Virus record (IMG/VR): IMGVR_UViG_3300025151_000018
Coordinates: 1 to 64,000 of that record
DNA from: a virus
DNA: 64,000 nt
Reading direction: 5' to 3' (one strand)
Shown here: in pieces, positions 9,368 through 18,908 of the stretch
How the letters are laid out: every line of letters starts with the position of its first letter
How positions within the stretch are numbered: position 1 is the stretch's first letter
Made by a program: the position numbers and the translations under genes
The notes under the pieces: model-generated
Databases searched by the model: none
Told to the model about the DNA's origin: nothing
Seen by the model: the letters and a program-made list of their open reading frames with translations, nothing else

Positions 9368-9781
9368 ATGGCGAACAAAATTAACATGGCTAAACTTGAG
9401 AGTCTTGTGAAGAAATACAAGAAAAACACCACAGTATGGAAACATTACAGAGGATCTGGCGGAACAAAAGCAAATGTGCTTTTGGCTTGTGAGGCTCTTA
9501 GAAAGGACTTTACTGCTAAAGATTCTATTGAGGCAAATCCACCTAACTTCGTTAAAGTTGCTAAGAAGGTATTGAACAATCAGGCTATGCCAGATGTTCA
9601 CAAACTTCGTGATAAAGTGCTGGTAAAGATTCAACAGGCTGATAACTTGCAACAAGATCTTGCTAAGAGGTTAGCAGCAGCGCAGGTTGAAAAGAAGGCT
9701 CAACAAGAGAAGTTGAAGGAGATAGAATCATTCTTATCATCGCCACAGGCTAAGAAAATTTCAAAGTGGCTTTCTGAATAG
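9368..9781 (+). CDS. Basic coiled-coil hypothetical protein
   Basis: 137-aa Lys-rich ORF. Confidence 0.7.
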   Translation: MANKINMAKLESLVKKYKKNTTVWKHYRGSGGTKANVLLACEALRKDFTAKDSIEANPPNFVKVAKKVLNNQAMPDVHKLRDKVLVKIQQADNLQQDLAKRLAAAQVEKKAQQEKLKEIESFLSSPQAKKISKWLSE

Positions 9782-9791
9782 GTGTTTCGGG

Positions 9792-10142
9792 ATGAGTAGC
9801 AAGTTATACTTAGCCTCATACCGGGGCAGGTTCATGGAACAAGAACGGCAGTATAGATACAGAGCCGAATCATGGAAAGAGGTAATGAGAGAGGTAGTCA
9901 TAGACAGAGGCACACTTCTGGGTAGTGCCGAGTTTGAGGAAATGTCTGGTGTTGAAAGAGCCGACAAACTATCTAAGATCGATGATGCACTATCACTATG
10001 CTATGATAACATTCAGAGGTTGGCAAAGAATAGAGATATTGCTATCCCGGTCAAGAGAGGATTCAAGTATCGTTGCAAGAGGATTAGAGAAAAGGTATCT
10101 TCTATGACAGACGATGAGTTAGGAAAGGCAGGTGCTGAATAA
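9792..10142 (+). CDS. Hypothetical protein
   Basis: ORF with RBS, coupled to next gene. Confidence 0.65.
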   Translation: MSSKLYLASYRGRFMEQERQYRYRAESWKEVMREVVIDRGTLLGSAEFEEMSGVERADKLSKIDDALSLCYDNIQRLAKNRDIAIPVKRGFKYRCKRIREKVSSMTDDELGKAGAE

Positions 10143-10432
10143 TGTCGCTTCAACATGGAGTATTATGGGAGGGTGAACATAGTAGGTTCATCATGTCTGT
10201 ATCTGATCCTTATCATTCAGGTTGGTATGATGTATTGATTGAAATTTATGGTGATGAAGCCGATGCTAAGGAACAAGCCGTCAATATACTAAAAGAGGCG
10301 GGATTTTACAGACCGCATGACAATTGGCGAGATTGGGAGAGAGTTGAAGCGACATACATGAAAACACAGGCGGTTTATCATCAAATTAAGGTTAGAAATG
10401 ATACTAAAGTAAAAGGAGATGAAGAGGAATGA
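10142..10432 (+). CDS. Hypothetical protein
   Basis: TAATG-coupled ORF. Confidence 0.65.
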   Translation: MSLQHGVLWEGEHSRFIMSVSDPYHSGWYDVLIEIYGDEADAKEQAVNILKEAGFYRPHDNWRDWERVEATYMKTQAVYHQIKVRNDTKVKGDEEE

Positions 10433-10566
10433 GCGAAGATACAATCCCCTGTCCTGATTGTAGTAATGTAATGGTGGAATGGCTTGAAGGAAAGCATCCA
10501 TCTGGTGAAGTAAAGAGGCGAGTTAGATGCAAACAATGTCGGAGATGGAAGTGGTTAGATGAGTAA
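10429..10566 (+). CDS. Zn-ribbon microprotein, 45 aa (not in ORF track)
   Basis: MSEDTIPCPDC...RCKQCRRWKWLDE; ATGA overlap. Confidence 0.7.
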   Translation: MSEDTIPCPDCSNVMVEWLEGKHPSGEVKRRVRCKQCRRWKWLDE

Positions 10567-11239
10567 TGAAATAGAATTGGACTTAGGTAATTTACCACCA
10601 CCGAATGAGCAAGATATTATGTGGGCGTGGCGACTTTGGAATACGCTCGCTATCAAAAGCACAGATGGCGCATTTCACGGTCTAAATAGTGAAGGCGGTA
10701 TATGGGATATGCCCGGTGTTGGTAGGTATAGAAGGACAGGTGCAACAGAATTGACCTTGACTGAAATCCATGCTTCACAAGATACTAATGAGTTAGGTAT
10801 TACAATGTGGAATAGGCATGATTGGATTGTTTTGCTTGCACACCAGATAGGTTGGGTTGTCATATCCGATCAAGTGCAAAAGGCTGATACAGAAGAGGTA
10901 TCACCAGACCAAGACGAGCCACCACTTGCACATATTGGTAATGTGTATGCTTGTCCTTGTGGCATGATTTACTCATTACTCGGTGCAGATCCTGATAGGT
11001 TGCGAATCAAAGTGAATGATGATGGCGATTGTCTAAATCCTCATTGTGATGTGATTGTTCCTTATCCTCATGCGGGTGTTCTAAACTCTGTTGATGATAG
11101 AGCAGTTATTGCTAAGATGCAAGCGCAAGAAGCGATAGTGTCATACGATGAAGAAGAAGGTGCAATCCCTATTCCTATACCAGCAACAGATGATGAAATA
11201 CCCATAGTTGATATTACATTGACATCAGAAGAAGAATAA
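10559..11239 (+). CDS. Hypothetical protein with Zn ribbon and acidic tail
   Basis: CPCG...CLNPHC. Confidence 0.7.
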   Translation: MSNEIELDLGNLPPPNEQDIMWAWRLWNTLAIKSTDGAFHGLNSEGGIWDMPGVGRYRRTGATELTLTEIHASQDTNELGITMWNRHDWIVLLAHQIGWVVISDQVQKADTEEVSPDQDEPPLAHIGNVYACPCGMIYSLLGADPDRLRIKVNDDGDCLNPHCDVIVPYPHAGVLNSVDDRAVIAKMQAQEAIVSYDEEEGAIPIPIPATDDEIPIVDITLTSEEE

Positions 11240-11242
11240 CCG

Positions 11243-11256
11243 TAGTTTAATATAGG
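11243..11256 (+). promoter_or_regulatory. Putative TATA box
   Basis: GTTTAATATAGG about 25 nt upstream of ATG 11278. Confidence 0.45.
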
Positions 11257-11277
11257 CTACCCTCTGTGGCTATTGAT

Positions 11278-12075
11278 ATGAGCAAGGCAGATATGACTAC
11301 TTATGTTGAAGGTTTGAATGATGAAGAAATTATGGCATTGGCTGGTGTCGGTTCAGCACTAAAGGTGTTTGGCACAGTCCTTGAAGCGGAATTTGAGAAG
11401 CGTAATGGTGTTCTATTAGATTCCGATAGTCGCAAAGAAAATGATGGCAAACCAAGTCATACTGCCAATCCTGTAATTGATATTGATATTCCCGGTGTGT
11501 CGTCTTTCATGCTAAGACCGACTACATCTAACAACAAAGCCAGAGGCAACGGTTGGGCTAAAGATGTTGGACTATCAGACAAAGTAAAGACAGGCAATGT
11601 GCCTCCGACTTTACTTGCATCTATTCTTGTTGATAAGATTGCTACTATGTTAGGTGGCAACATCAAAGACAGAGCATTGATTGATATTCAAGAGGCTCTT
11701 GCTTCTTGTATGACTATTACTGATGGTAAATTCAAGTTTGATAAGAAGCAAGCCCCGCCATTGAATCACCCTGTTGAGGTTGCTGAATGGTTGGATAAAC
11801 TATCTATGAATTTCATTGGCACTACTGCTGGCGCAAACCATGTCAGCATGGAGGTCATACCTATCCCTCAAGAAACACATTCCCCTGTTGAAGCCCCTGT
11901 TGGTGAAACTGATGAACCAGACCTTTCGTTGGCATCCCATCCCGTCAATGATCATCATGTTGCAGAGGCTACTAACGACCCAGAGGAAGAAAGCCCAGAT
12001 TCACCATCTGGCACTTCCTTCATGGATGCTCAAGTAAATATGCTTCTATTCGGTGGTTATGGTGGTGGAGAATGA
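11278..12075 (+). CDS. Hypothetical protein
   Basis: 265-aa ORF downstream of a TATA-like element. Confidence 0.7.
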   Translation: MSKADMTTYVEGLNDEEIMALAGVGSALKVFGTVLEAEFEKRNGVLLDSDSRKENDGKPSHTANPVIDIDIPGVSSFMLRPTTSNNKARGNGWAKDVGLSDKVKTGNVPPTLLASILVDKIATMLGGNIKDRALIDIQEALASCMTITDGKFKFDKKQAPPLNHPVEVAEWLDKLSMNFIGTTAGANHVSMEVIPIPQETHSPVEAPVGETDEPDLSLASHPVNDHHVAEATNDPEEESPDSPSGTSFMDAQVNMLLFGGYGGGE

Positions 12076-12242
12076 CTAAGTTGATGTGTGCTTGTTGTGG
12101 TGAACCGCACAGGTTTATTGATGAAGATACTCCCGTTGGGTCAAGACCTTTCTGTTCAGAGAAATGTTGGGCTGAATATAACGGTATGGAGATCAAACCA
12201 GAAGGCTACTATGGGTTTATTCAAAACTTTAGGGGTGCGTGA
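12072..12242 (+). CDS. FCS/YacG-like Zn-finger microprotein, 56 aa (not in ORF track)
   Basis: MTKLMCACCGEPHRFIDEDTPVGSRPFCSEKCWAEY...; ATGA overlap with upstream gene; stop just before the PC4-like start. Confidence 0.7.
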   Translation: MTKLMCACCGEPHRFIDEDTPVGSRPFCSEKCWAEYNGMEIKPEGYYGFIQNFRGA

Positions 12243-12243
12243 A

Positions 12244-12552
12244 ATGACCGATGCTAAATACAATCAAGCCCTTCATAGGAAATTAGATACTTCATTCACA
12301 CCGGGTGAAGAATTGCACCTTTTGACACAAGATGCTTACGGCCAGCGTGTGCTGAATATCAGGATATTTAGGGTCGCACCTTCAAGAAGCGGTCATACAG
12401 GTTATACTCAAAGAGGCTTCTATCTAACTAAAGAAGAAGCCACATTACTACGAGATCATCTAAATGATGTATTAGAAATGGATGAAGCATTTGAGCCGAC
12501 CCCATCAGGCATGAAGCCTGTGGGTGATACTCTCAAAGGTGGTGGCGAATGA
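12244..12552 (+). CDS. PC4/YdbC-like ssDNA-binding protein
   Basis: VLNIRIFR...GYTQRGFYLTKEEATLL matches the PC4 pattern; start moved to the ATG after GGGGTG. Confidence 0.65.
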   Translation: MTDAKYNQALHRKLDTSFTPGEELHLLTQDAYGQRVLNIRIFRVAPSRSGHTGYTQRGFYLTKEEATLLRDHLNDVLEMDEAFEPTPSGMKPVGDTLKGGGE

Positions 12553-12971
12553 TGAGCGATATACCAAGGGCTGGCACTATTGCATGGTATGAATACTATG
12601 CAGGTAAAATCGTTGAGTTAGGCGACCACATAGAATTACCAGAAGAAGTAGTCAATGACGCAATAGAATTGTGGGAAGAAGCGATAGGAACATCACGATC
12701 TCCATTACCATTGGTTGTTGATTGTCTGTATATTTGTGCTAAACTGTCTGGTAATAGAATTAGTATCAAAGCCATGAAGAGGCACACTAAGGAATTGTGG
12801 AGTAAGAGGATTGAGGTATTACCACTTGACAGGCGAAGGAATGAGCGAAGATGGGTATGGAAATTCAAAGACTTCATCATGTCGCTATATCCTGATGAAG
12901 CAGCGTGGGAGGATTTTACCGAAGCGTGGCAAGATAAAGTTGTGGATCCCGAATACTTCAATGAAGAGTAG
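12549..12971 (+). CDS. Stand-alone TFB/TFIIB cyclin-repeat-like protein
   Basis: LGDHIELPEEVVNDAIELW...SRSPLPLVVDCLYICAKLSG resembles a TFB repeat (LxLP..A..IY...GRS..AAxLYIAC); no Zn ribbon. Confidence 0.55.
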   Translation: MMSDIPRAGTIAWYEYYAGKIVELGDHIELPEEVVNDAIELWEEAIGTSRSPLPLVVDCLYICAKLSGNRISIKAMKRHTKELWSKRIEVLPLDRRRNERRWVWKFKDFIMSLYPDEAAWEDFTEAWQDKVVDPEYFNEE

Positions 12972-12980
12972 TGAAAGGAG

Positions 12981-14432
12981 ATGCAGGTATTGATTGCTAA
13001 GTCCACAGACTTCTCGCACATCGCTGCGAGTTGCCGACAGGCATACAACGGTATCAGGCGACCTGCGATTGTTCTTGAGTCATGTTTCAACATGAACCGC
13101 ACAGAAATGGTTGAATATATACAATTCTTCTATGAAGATGATAGAGTTGAATACAGATTAACCGATGAGGATTTGAGGGAAATCTTCTATCTATTGACAG
13201 ATGTATATCCCGAAGAAGTTGAAGATGATCCTGACTTAGTGCAAATCATATCTAATCTATCAAGAGTAAATGAAACAAAGAGTCCATTTAGTCGCATACA
13301 TTCTCTAATGAAAGGCATACTTGATGCTGATGATAACAGGATAAGAGCCATGCAAATGCGTTCTGTCCTAACCAGACTAACCGCAAGAGATGCCTATTGG
13401 GTCATATTGCGGTTGCAGCGTAAAGCCAATCCATTCAAGCGGAGAGATGTAATAATGGCATTGGCTAATGTATTCAATTTACCAACAACCAGATTACAAA
13501 GAGCATCGGCTTTTATGCAGTTGCCGATGTTAGCGAAGTATTTGATAGAAGGAAAGGAGATACCTTCAACCCCTGCTATTGGTGATAAAATGCTGATGCC
13601 TTTACCTGTTAGGTGGGCTGATGCCAATTTGCCATATACAGATACCTATCTTGAGGTAATCAGGGGCGAGAGGCTAACTTTGCATATTGAGGAAAACCAT
13701 GCTATGCTAAGAGATCCTAATGGTGATGAGGTTGATGAGGACTTAGGAGTATTCACCACAGACTCATTCCCTGATGGTATCTATGTTGTTGAAAGGGTAG
13801 CAGCAGATGATTTCCCAATTAGTGTAGTGGATTATATTCTATCAAAGGACAACATACAGGACTTGACATTTGAGAAGAGAAGAGAGTATCTTGAGGAAAA
13901 CATACCAGATATGTTCATCAAATCTATATCCCATGTCCGTAATCCGTCAGAGATGAAGAGAAAGTGTCCTAAAAATGGCATTGTTCTGTTGCATAATGGT
14001 AGTCAAGTAGTTGATTATACCAATCCCCGTTCAAGTATTGTGCGTTTCAGCACAAAAGCCACAGGAGATGTGTTTAGGCTCATTGGTGGTGTCTGGTTGC
14101 ATATTGAAGGTCGTGGGCTATGCCTTGCAGGTTGGAGAGTCGCAGCGAGAGATGGTGTTGATGGATATTATGAAGTCGGCACAATTAGAGCCGAGCCTGA
14201 TCTTGAAAAGAAGTTAGGTAAAATGACTAAAGATGCTAAGGCGTTAGAAGGAGAGGTAGCACTAATGAAGGGTGCTACATTTGTTCAAGTTGATGTTCAC
14301 TTTACAGATTATGATGATAGAGGTATTGTCATTCAAGGTGTTATTACAGACATAATTGATGATGCAGGTATATCAGATGTAGTGCCTGTTGAAGAAGTTG
14401 AATGGTTGGTGGGTGATGATGGAGAAAGATGA
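12981..14432 (+). CDS. ATP-dependent DNA ligase-fold protein with degenerate catalytic motifs
   Basis: DBD-adenylation-OB layout; motif I reads EVIRGERLTLH instead of ExKxDGxR; LTFEKRREYLE; YYEVGTI. Confidence 0.7.
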   Translation: MQVLIAKSTDFSHIAASCRQAYNGIRRPAIVLESCFNMNRTEMVEYIQFFYEDDRVEYRLTDEDLREIFYLLTDVYPEEVEDDPDLVQIISNLSRVNETKSPFSRIHSLMKGILDADDNRIRAMQMRSVLTRLTARDAYWVILRLQRKANPFKRRDVIMALANVFNLPTTRLQRASAFMQLPMLAKYLIEGKEIPSTPAIGDKMLMPLPVRWADANLPYTDTYLEVIRGERLTLHIEENHAMLRDPNGDEVDEDLGVFTTDSFPDGIYVVERVAADDFPISVVDYILSKDNIQDLTFEKRREYLEENIPDMFIKSISHVRNPSEMKRKCPKNGIVLLHNGSQVVDYTNPRSSIVRFSTKATGDVFRLIGGVWLHIEGRGLCLAGWRVAARDGVDGYYEVGTIRAEPDLEKKLGKMTKDAKALEGEVALMKGATFVQVDVHFTDYDDRGIVIQGVITDIIDDAGISDVVPVEEVEWLVGDDGER

Positions 14433-14781
14433 TTTGACATTGTTGCTTATCGCACAGAATGCTCGCATGAGGATTGCTGCGAGGCTCACAACAAAGCACA
14501 AGACCGGGTATCAAATAAGACCTGAATGTGATTTGTTTGGTCGCAATAAGATACCAGAAGATGCAGTTGAGTTTTTGGCTCGGCAGGGGCTACCAGCACA
14601 GAATAGATATACACAAACCCCACACTTAAACAGGCTATTGCGATTACTCAAACCATATCAGCACTTCACTAAAGATCCGCAGGGATTAAATGATGTGGCT
14701 AATCACATCGGTAGTCTGCGTTCTGTGAAGAACCATGAAGATGTGAAGAAAGTATTGGAGGAATTAGATGCCGTTATTTGA
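14419..14781 (+). CDS. Degenerate single-motif LAGLIDADG-like protein
   Basis: KHKTGYQIRPECDL and LLKPY resemble the I-CreI-type fold; first helix lacks the acidic catalytic residue. Confidence 0.5.
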   Translation: MEKDDLTLLLIAQNARMRIAARLTTKHKTGYQIRPECDLFGRNKIPEDAVEFLARQGLPAQNRYTQTPHLNRLLRLLKPYQHFTKDPQGLNDVANHIGSLRSVKNHEDVKKVLEELDAVI

Positions 14782-15340
14782 TGTAGTCAAGGAGGATATT
14801 GATTTCTTTGAGGCGTGTCCTAATGCAGATCCATATCTTGATAGCGATGAAAAACTAAACTCATTCCATGTCGCCAGAATGTATCTAAAAGAAAGGGATA
14901 GAGTTAGGGTATCTCATGCCATTAACAATGCGAGCATGGGAATGAAGTTTTACATGACTCTCCTAATGAATACGGTTGAGCCACAATATCAGCAGGGAGT
15001 CATGTTCGCAGCGAGAGAGTTGTATAAGAAAGTGCCAGAGGATTTACTATCCTCCGTAATAGCATTCTCACACCCCGGTGGTAGCCATGCAAGAATCAAA
15101 TTCCCAGAGAAATATGACAAAATACCCACGAAACTGTTGGGTGATTTGGGGTTAAGGTCTGATCAATTAAGTTGGTTTTACAGGTTGAGAGAGAACGAAG
15201 CCTTCATTCGGCTGATGGCAGGGAACATTGAACCAAAGCATAGAAAACATATCCCCCTATTTGATACCACACTACTCAAAACTAAGGCTAAAAGCAATAC
15301 TGAAAGCCTGTTTAGTAAGAAATGGGAGGCTAATCAATGA
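14768..15340 (+). CDS. Hypothetical protein, possibly clamp-loader accessory subunit (RFC-L C-terminal-like)
   Basis: Helical protein directly upstream of RFC; position only. Confidence 0.35.
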   Translation: MPLFDVVKEDIDFFEACPNADPYLDSDEKLNSFHVARMYLKERDRVRVSHAINNASMGMKFYMTLLMNTVEPQYQQGVMFAARELYKKVPEDLLSSVIAFSHPGGSHARIKFPEKYDKIPTKLLGDLGLRSDQLSWFYRLRENEAFIRLMAGNIEPKHRKHIPLFDTTLLKTKAKSNTESLFSKKWEANQ

Positions 15341-15345
15341 TGCCG

Positions 15346-15360
15346 AACCTTTTATACACT
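15346..15360 (+). promoter_or_regulatory. Putative TATA box for the replication operon
   Basis: AACCTTTTATAC upstream of RFC. Confidence 0.45.
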
Positions 15361-15398
15361 ACTCCCTATTGGCATAGGTGCAAGCGGAGGAATTTGTT

Positions 15399-16358
15399 AT
15401 GAGTCAGTTATGGATTAAACATAGACCAGATACCCTATCACACATGGTGGGGTTAGATAACCTAAAGAAAGATGTTCCCGGTTGGATTGTCTATGAAAAG
15501 AATAACTTTGTCTTGCGTTGTGGTGGTGTTATCTTTTCAGGTAAGCCGGGAACAGGTAAAACAAGTGCAGCGAGAGCGATAGGTAAAGATGCTCTTGGAT
15601 CTGCGTTTGAGGCAAACTACCATGTATTCAATGCCTCTGACGATAGAGGAATACAATTCATTAGAGATAGGCTGAAAGGTTTAGCACAACAGAAGGCTAT
15701 TAACTCCACATTCAAAATTATTAACTTAGATGAAGCCGATGGTTTGACTAAAGATGCACAAGATGCTTTGCGACAAATCATAGAAGAAACTTCATCACAT
15801 ACCCTATGGATTCTAACTTGTAATAGGGTGTCAAAGATTATCCCTGCCTTGAGATCAAGGCTACCGACATACAGTTTCAATCCTCTTGATGAAGATGAAT
15901 CAGAGGCTTTCCTTGCAAGTGTCATTGAAGAAGAAGGGCTACCAGCAAAGTGGGTTGAGGATTTACCTGCTCTTGTTTCTAAGTGCAAGGGTGATATGAG
16001 AGCGTGTCTAAAGACATTACAGATATGCAATCCTGATGAAGATGATGGTCTTAAATCACATCTTAGAGAGGATAATGCACTAATACATGATTTACATCAA
16101 ACGCTAATTCAACAAGACTATGAAAGTAGTCTGTCTATTGCAAATGACATTGTGAAGTCAGGGTTGAACCGTGAAGATATAATTACAGTTTTACATAATT
16201 CATTGTTATTTGAATTTCAAGATGGTGGTTTAGGTATTGCCATTGTATTGAAACGCCTGTTGATATTAGGTCAATGGGCTGCTAAGTCGCCAGATTGGAC
16301 TTCTGGCGATCTCCTATTCCTCCATGCAATGATTGGAGATTATCACAACAGAGGTTGA
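15399..16358 (+). CDS. rfcS: Replication factor C small subunit (clamp loader)
   Basis: WIKHRP, GKPGTGKT, NASDDRGI, LDEADGLT, LRSR, GDMR. Confidence 0.92.
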   Translation: MSQLWIKHRPDTLSHMVGLDNLKKDVPGWIVYEKNNFVLRCGGVIFSGKPGTGKTSAARAIGKDALGSAFEANYHVFNASDDRGIQFIRDRLKGLAQQKAINSTFKIINLDEADGLTKDAQDALRQIIEETSSHTLWILTCNRVSKIIPALRSRLPTYSFNPLDEDESEAFLASVIEEEGLPAKWVEDLPALVSKCKGDMRACLKTLQICNPDEDDGLKSHLREDNALIHDLHQTLIQQDYESSLSIANDIVKSGLNREDIITVLHNSLLFEFQDGGLGIAIVLKRLLILGQWAAKSPDWTSGDLLFLHAMIGDYHNRG

Positions 16359-16362
16359 TTAA

Positions 16363-17709
16363 ATGAGTAATAGAGATACAGGAAACGAATGTTTAGAAGA
16401 AGCCAAATCCATTCTTGGGTTTGAAGAGATTGACGAAGCAAGCCTTGCATTTGGCTCGTGGATGAAAGAGAATTTCCCAGAGATGTGGGAAGAAGCGGGT
16501 AATACTGCTGCTAACCTTGACGATGAGGATTTCAACCACTTTGCTGATATGTTTGTATGTTCAATTGGAAGAAGCGCAGGTGGATCAGGTGGCGGTAGTG
16601 GCACAGAATGGTCTGGTATGGTTATTGGCTTTGAGCGCAGATTTGACATGATGGAGAAGAAGCGCAACATGGCTATTGATGTGGCTACGGCTGACATAGG
16701 TATGGCTATCAAAAACGGTTTCAATTACAATGGCAAGAAGTGGGGCATTGGGCGTGTCTATCCAGAAGATGGTGTTTGGAAAGTTGAACATTCTCAAGGC
16801 ACATTCATTTCTAAGGAGAAAGCCGATAGTAGTCCTAATTGGCTAATCCCTCTCAACGAGAGAGTTAAGATTGCAATTCTAAAACCAGACAATACTCCCG
16901 GTATGGCGTATGGTGTCAAGTCCGTATGGGTATTTCATGGTAATACACAGGAGAAGTTTTTGTCCGAAGGGCCGAGAACAGTTATCCTTGAAGGTTCATG
17001 GGAGGCAGCAAAGACTGACTTCGATCTATGGCGACCTATCACGGTGCGTGGAGAGATTGATGAAGAAGGTTGGAATGGCTCTGGTGCTACGCTAACAGTT
17101 AGCAATCCAAATGTGGTCTATGGATATGAATGGATCCCAGAAGGAAAGAAGCGAGAAGCAGCAAAGGCACTATTTGCACCAGAACAGTATTTGGCTACAA
17201 CAGGTGATGCTTGTATCAATCTAAAAGATGTCATTGACTACCACGAGGATAACAAGAAACCTGCTTATGTGGATAAGAATGGAGTCCAAAGATACAATGG
17301 TGCATTGGTCTGTGTTGTTGGTGGTGTAATGGATATTAACCACGAGGGTAAAGAAACCCAATGGGATTCAACAGGCAGGGATTTCTATCTATCAATTAGT
17401 AATCAGGTATTGCGAAGGGAAAACCCCAATGCAAGAGTCGGTGTCAAAGTTAGTGGCGTATTGCATGACGACCACCATGCTATGGAGATGAAGAAGAACG
17501 GTGAATGGGTCAAGTTTGCTCGTGGTTCTCGTGTCTGGGTAGTTGGTCGCACTAATGTCTATCAAACCACAGACGGTGAAACAAGAGCCAATGTTGAGGC
17601 AGTTGGTATCTATGCCGTTCCTAAGAAATCTATTCCGTATCAAGAGCCATCGGCTGACTCTAATGATTTAGGCAACCTAAATGGCTTCGGTGTCGGGGGT
17701 GATTATTGA
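16363..17709 (+). CDS. Probable multi-OB-fold ssDNA-binding protein (RPA-like)
   Basis: Beta-rich, GSRVWVVGRT OB-like pattern; lies between RFC and the recombinase. Confidence 0.5.
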   Translation: MSNRDTGNECLEEAKSILGFEEIDEASLAFGSWMKENFPEMWEEAGNTAANLDDEDFNHFADMFVCSIGRSAGGSGGGSGTEWSGMVIGFERRFDMMEKKRNMAIDVATADIGMAIKNGFNYNGKKWGIGRVYPEDGVWKVEHSQGTFISKEKADSSPNWLIPLNERVKIAILKPDNTPGMAYGVKSVWVFHGNTQEKFLSEGPRTVILEGSWEAAKTDFDLWRPITVRGEIDEEGWNGSGATLTVSNPNVVYGYEWIPEGKKREAAKALFAPEQYLATTGDACINLKDVIDYHEDNKKPAYVDKNGVQRYNGALVCVVGGVMDINHEGKETQWDSTGRDFYLSISNQVLRRENPNARVGVKVSGVLHDDHHAMEMKKNGEWVKFARGSRVWVVGRTNVYQTTDGETRANVEAVGIYAVPKKSIPYQEPSADSNDLGNLNGFGVGGDY

Positions 17710-18908
17710 TGGGAACAGGATTCTTAGACGGATTTGAGCCAAAGAAGGGTAATTTTGAACCAGAGCCAAAGGGCAAAGGAAAGAAGGCTTCTAAGGCTAA
17801 GACAAAGCCAAATACCACTAAGGTAGTTGAAGAGCCTGTTGTTCAAGGAACACAGGTTGTTGATGATTCATTTGATGCTGACAATGCAAGAGAAGCAAAA
17901 GCCTTGCAACCAGATCCTATCGTTGAAGAACCTAAGCAACAAAAGACTCAAGCATTACCTAATGCTAATTCCGCTATTCAGCGTATGATTGCATCAGCAA
18001 GAGTCCAAATGCCAGCAAAGCACAATTATGTCCTTGCAGGTATCGCTGGCCCACCTAAGTCTGGTAAAAGCGGTGGTGTCCTTGATAGCCGAACCAAAGA
18101 GGAAATCAAGAACGGTGCTGAAATAGCACACCTTGACTTTGATATGGGTGGTCTATCAACAGTAGCAGCGCACCATAGCGACAGTCCGGGCATTCTTGTA
18201 TTCAACCCTTGGGAGTTTAATTATGACTCTGAAACAAATGATTCTTATGATTTCCCTGCTACATACACAAAGACAATCAATCTATTGAAAGGTCTGTTAG
18301 AGCAGGTTGAGTATCAAAGAGCATACTATTCCGAACATGGTAAAATGCCTAAGCCTTATCTCAAAACTGTGGTGTTTGATGGTGCAGATCAATGGTTGCA
18401 CATCTGTGAAACAGTAATGAAGATTGAGGACTTAGAGTTGGGTGCTGATGGTCTTGATGCAGCAGTATATCTCCGTCAGCATGAGAAGGGTGATGCTAAG
18501 AAAAAGAGCGTTAGCCGATTCAATTGGAATCTAAGGACTATCAGATACCAAACTGCCATTCACCTATTGCGTGAGTTGTGCCGATTGGGTGTGCATTGTT
18601 ATGTTATCACACACATGAAACCCGGTTATGACTCATCAGGTAATGAGGTCGCAGGTGCTGATAAACCTAAGTGGCATTCCGATACAGAGGGTCAATTACA
18701 ACAGGTCATCTATACCGAATTAGAAGAAGAGCGTAATGAATTGGGCGAATTAACAGGTGTTGTCAAAGCATACGGTGTTGTTGTTGCTAACCGCACCAGC
18801 CTTGCATCACCAGAGCGTTTCCTTATCTTTGAGCGTAATTCCGATGGTGGAGTATGGCATGGTTGGCCGGGTATTGCAGAGGGCGACTTTACAGGGGGTG
18901 TTGAATGA
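17706..18908 (+). CDS. RecA-superfamily ATPase (RadA/Sak4/AAA_24-like)
   Basis: GPPKSGKS, LDFD, VVFDG, ITHMK. Confidence 0.75.
   Translation: MMGTGFLDGFEPKKGNFEPEPKGKGKKASKAKTKPNTTKVVEEPVVQGTQVVDDSFDADNAREAKALQPDPIVEEPKQQKTQALPNANSAIQRMIASARVQMPAKHNYVLAGIAGPPKSGKSGGVLDSRTKEEIKNGAEIAHLDFDMGGLSTVAAHHSDSPGILVFNPWEFNYDSETNDSYDFPATYTKTINLLKGLLEQVEYQRAYYSEHGKMPKPYLKTVVFDGADQWLHICETVMKIEDLELGADGLDAAVYLRQHEKGDAKKKSVSRFNWNLRTIRYQTAIHLLRELCRLGVHCYVITHMKPGYDSSGNEVAGADKPKWHSDTEGQLQQVIYTELEEERNELGELTGVVKAYGVVVANRTSLASPERFLIFERNSDGGVWHGWPGIAEGDFTGGVE

Noticed and set aside
12088-12243. N-terminal 52 aa of the track ORF 12088..12552
   Set aside because: Overlaps the better-supported Zn-finger ORF 12072-12242; ATG 12244 has its own RBS
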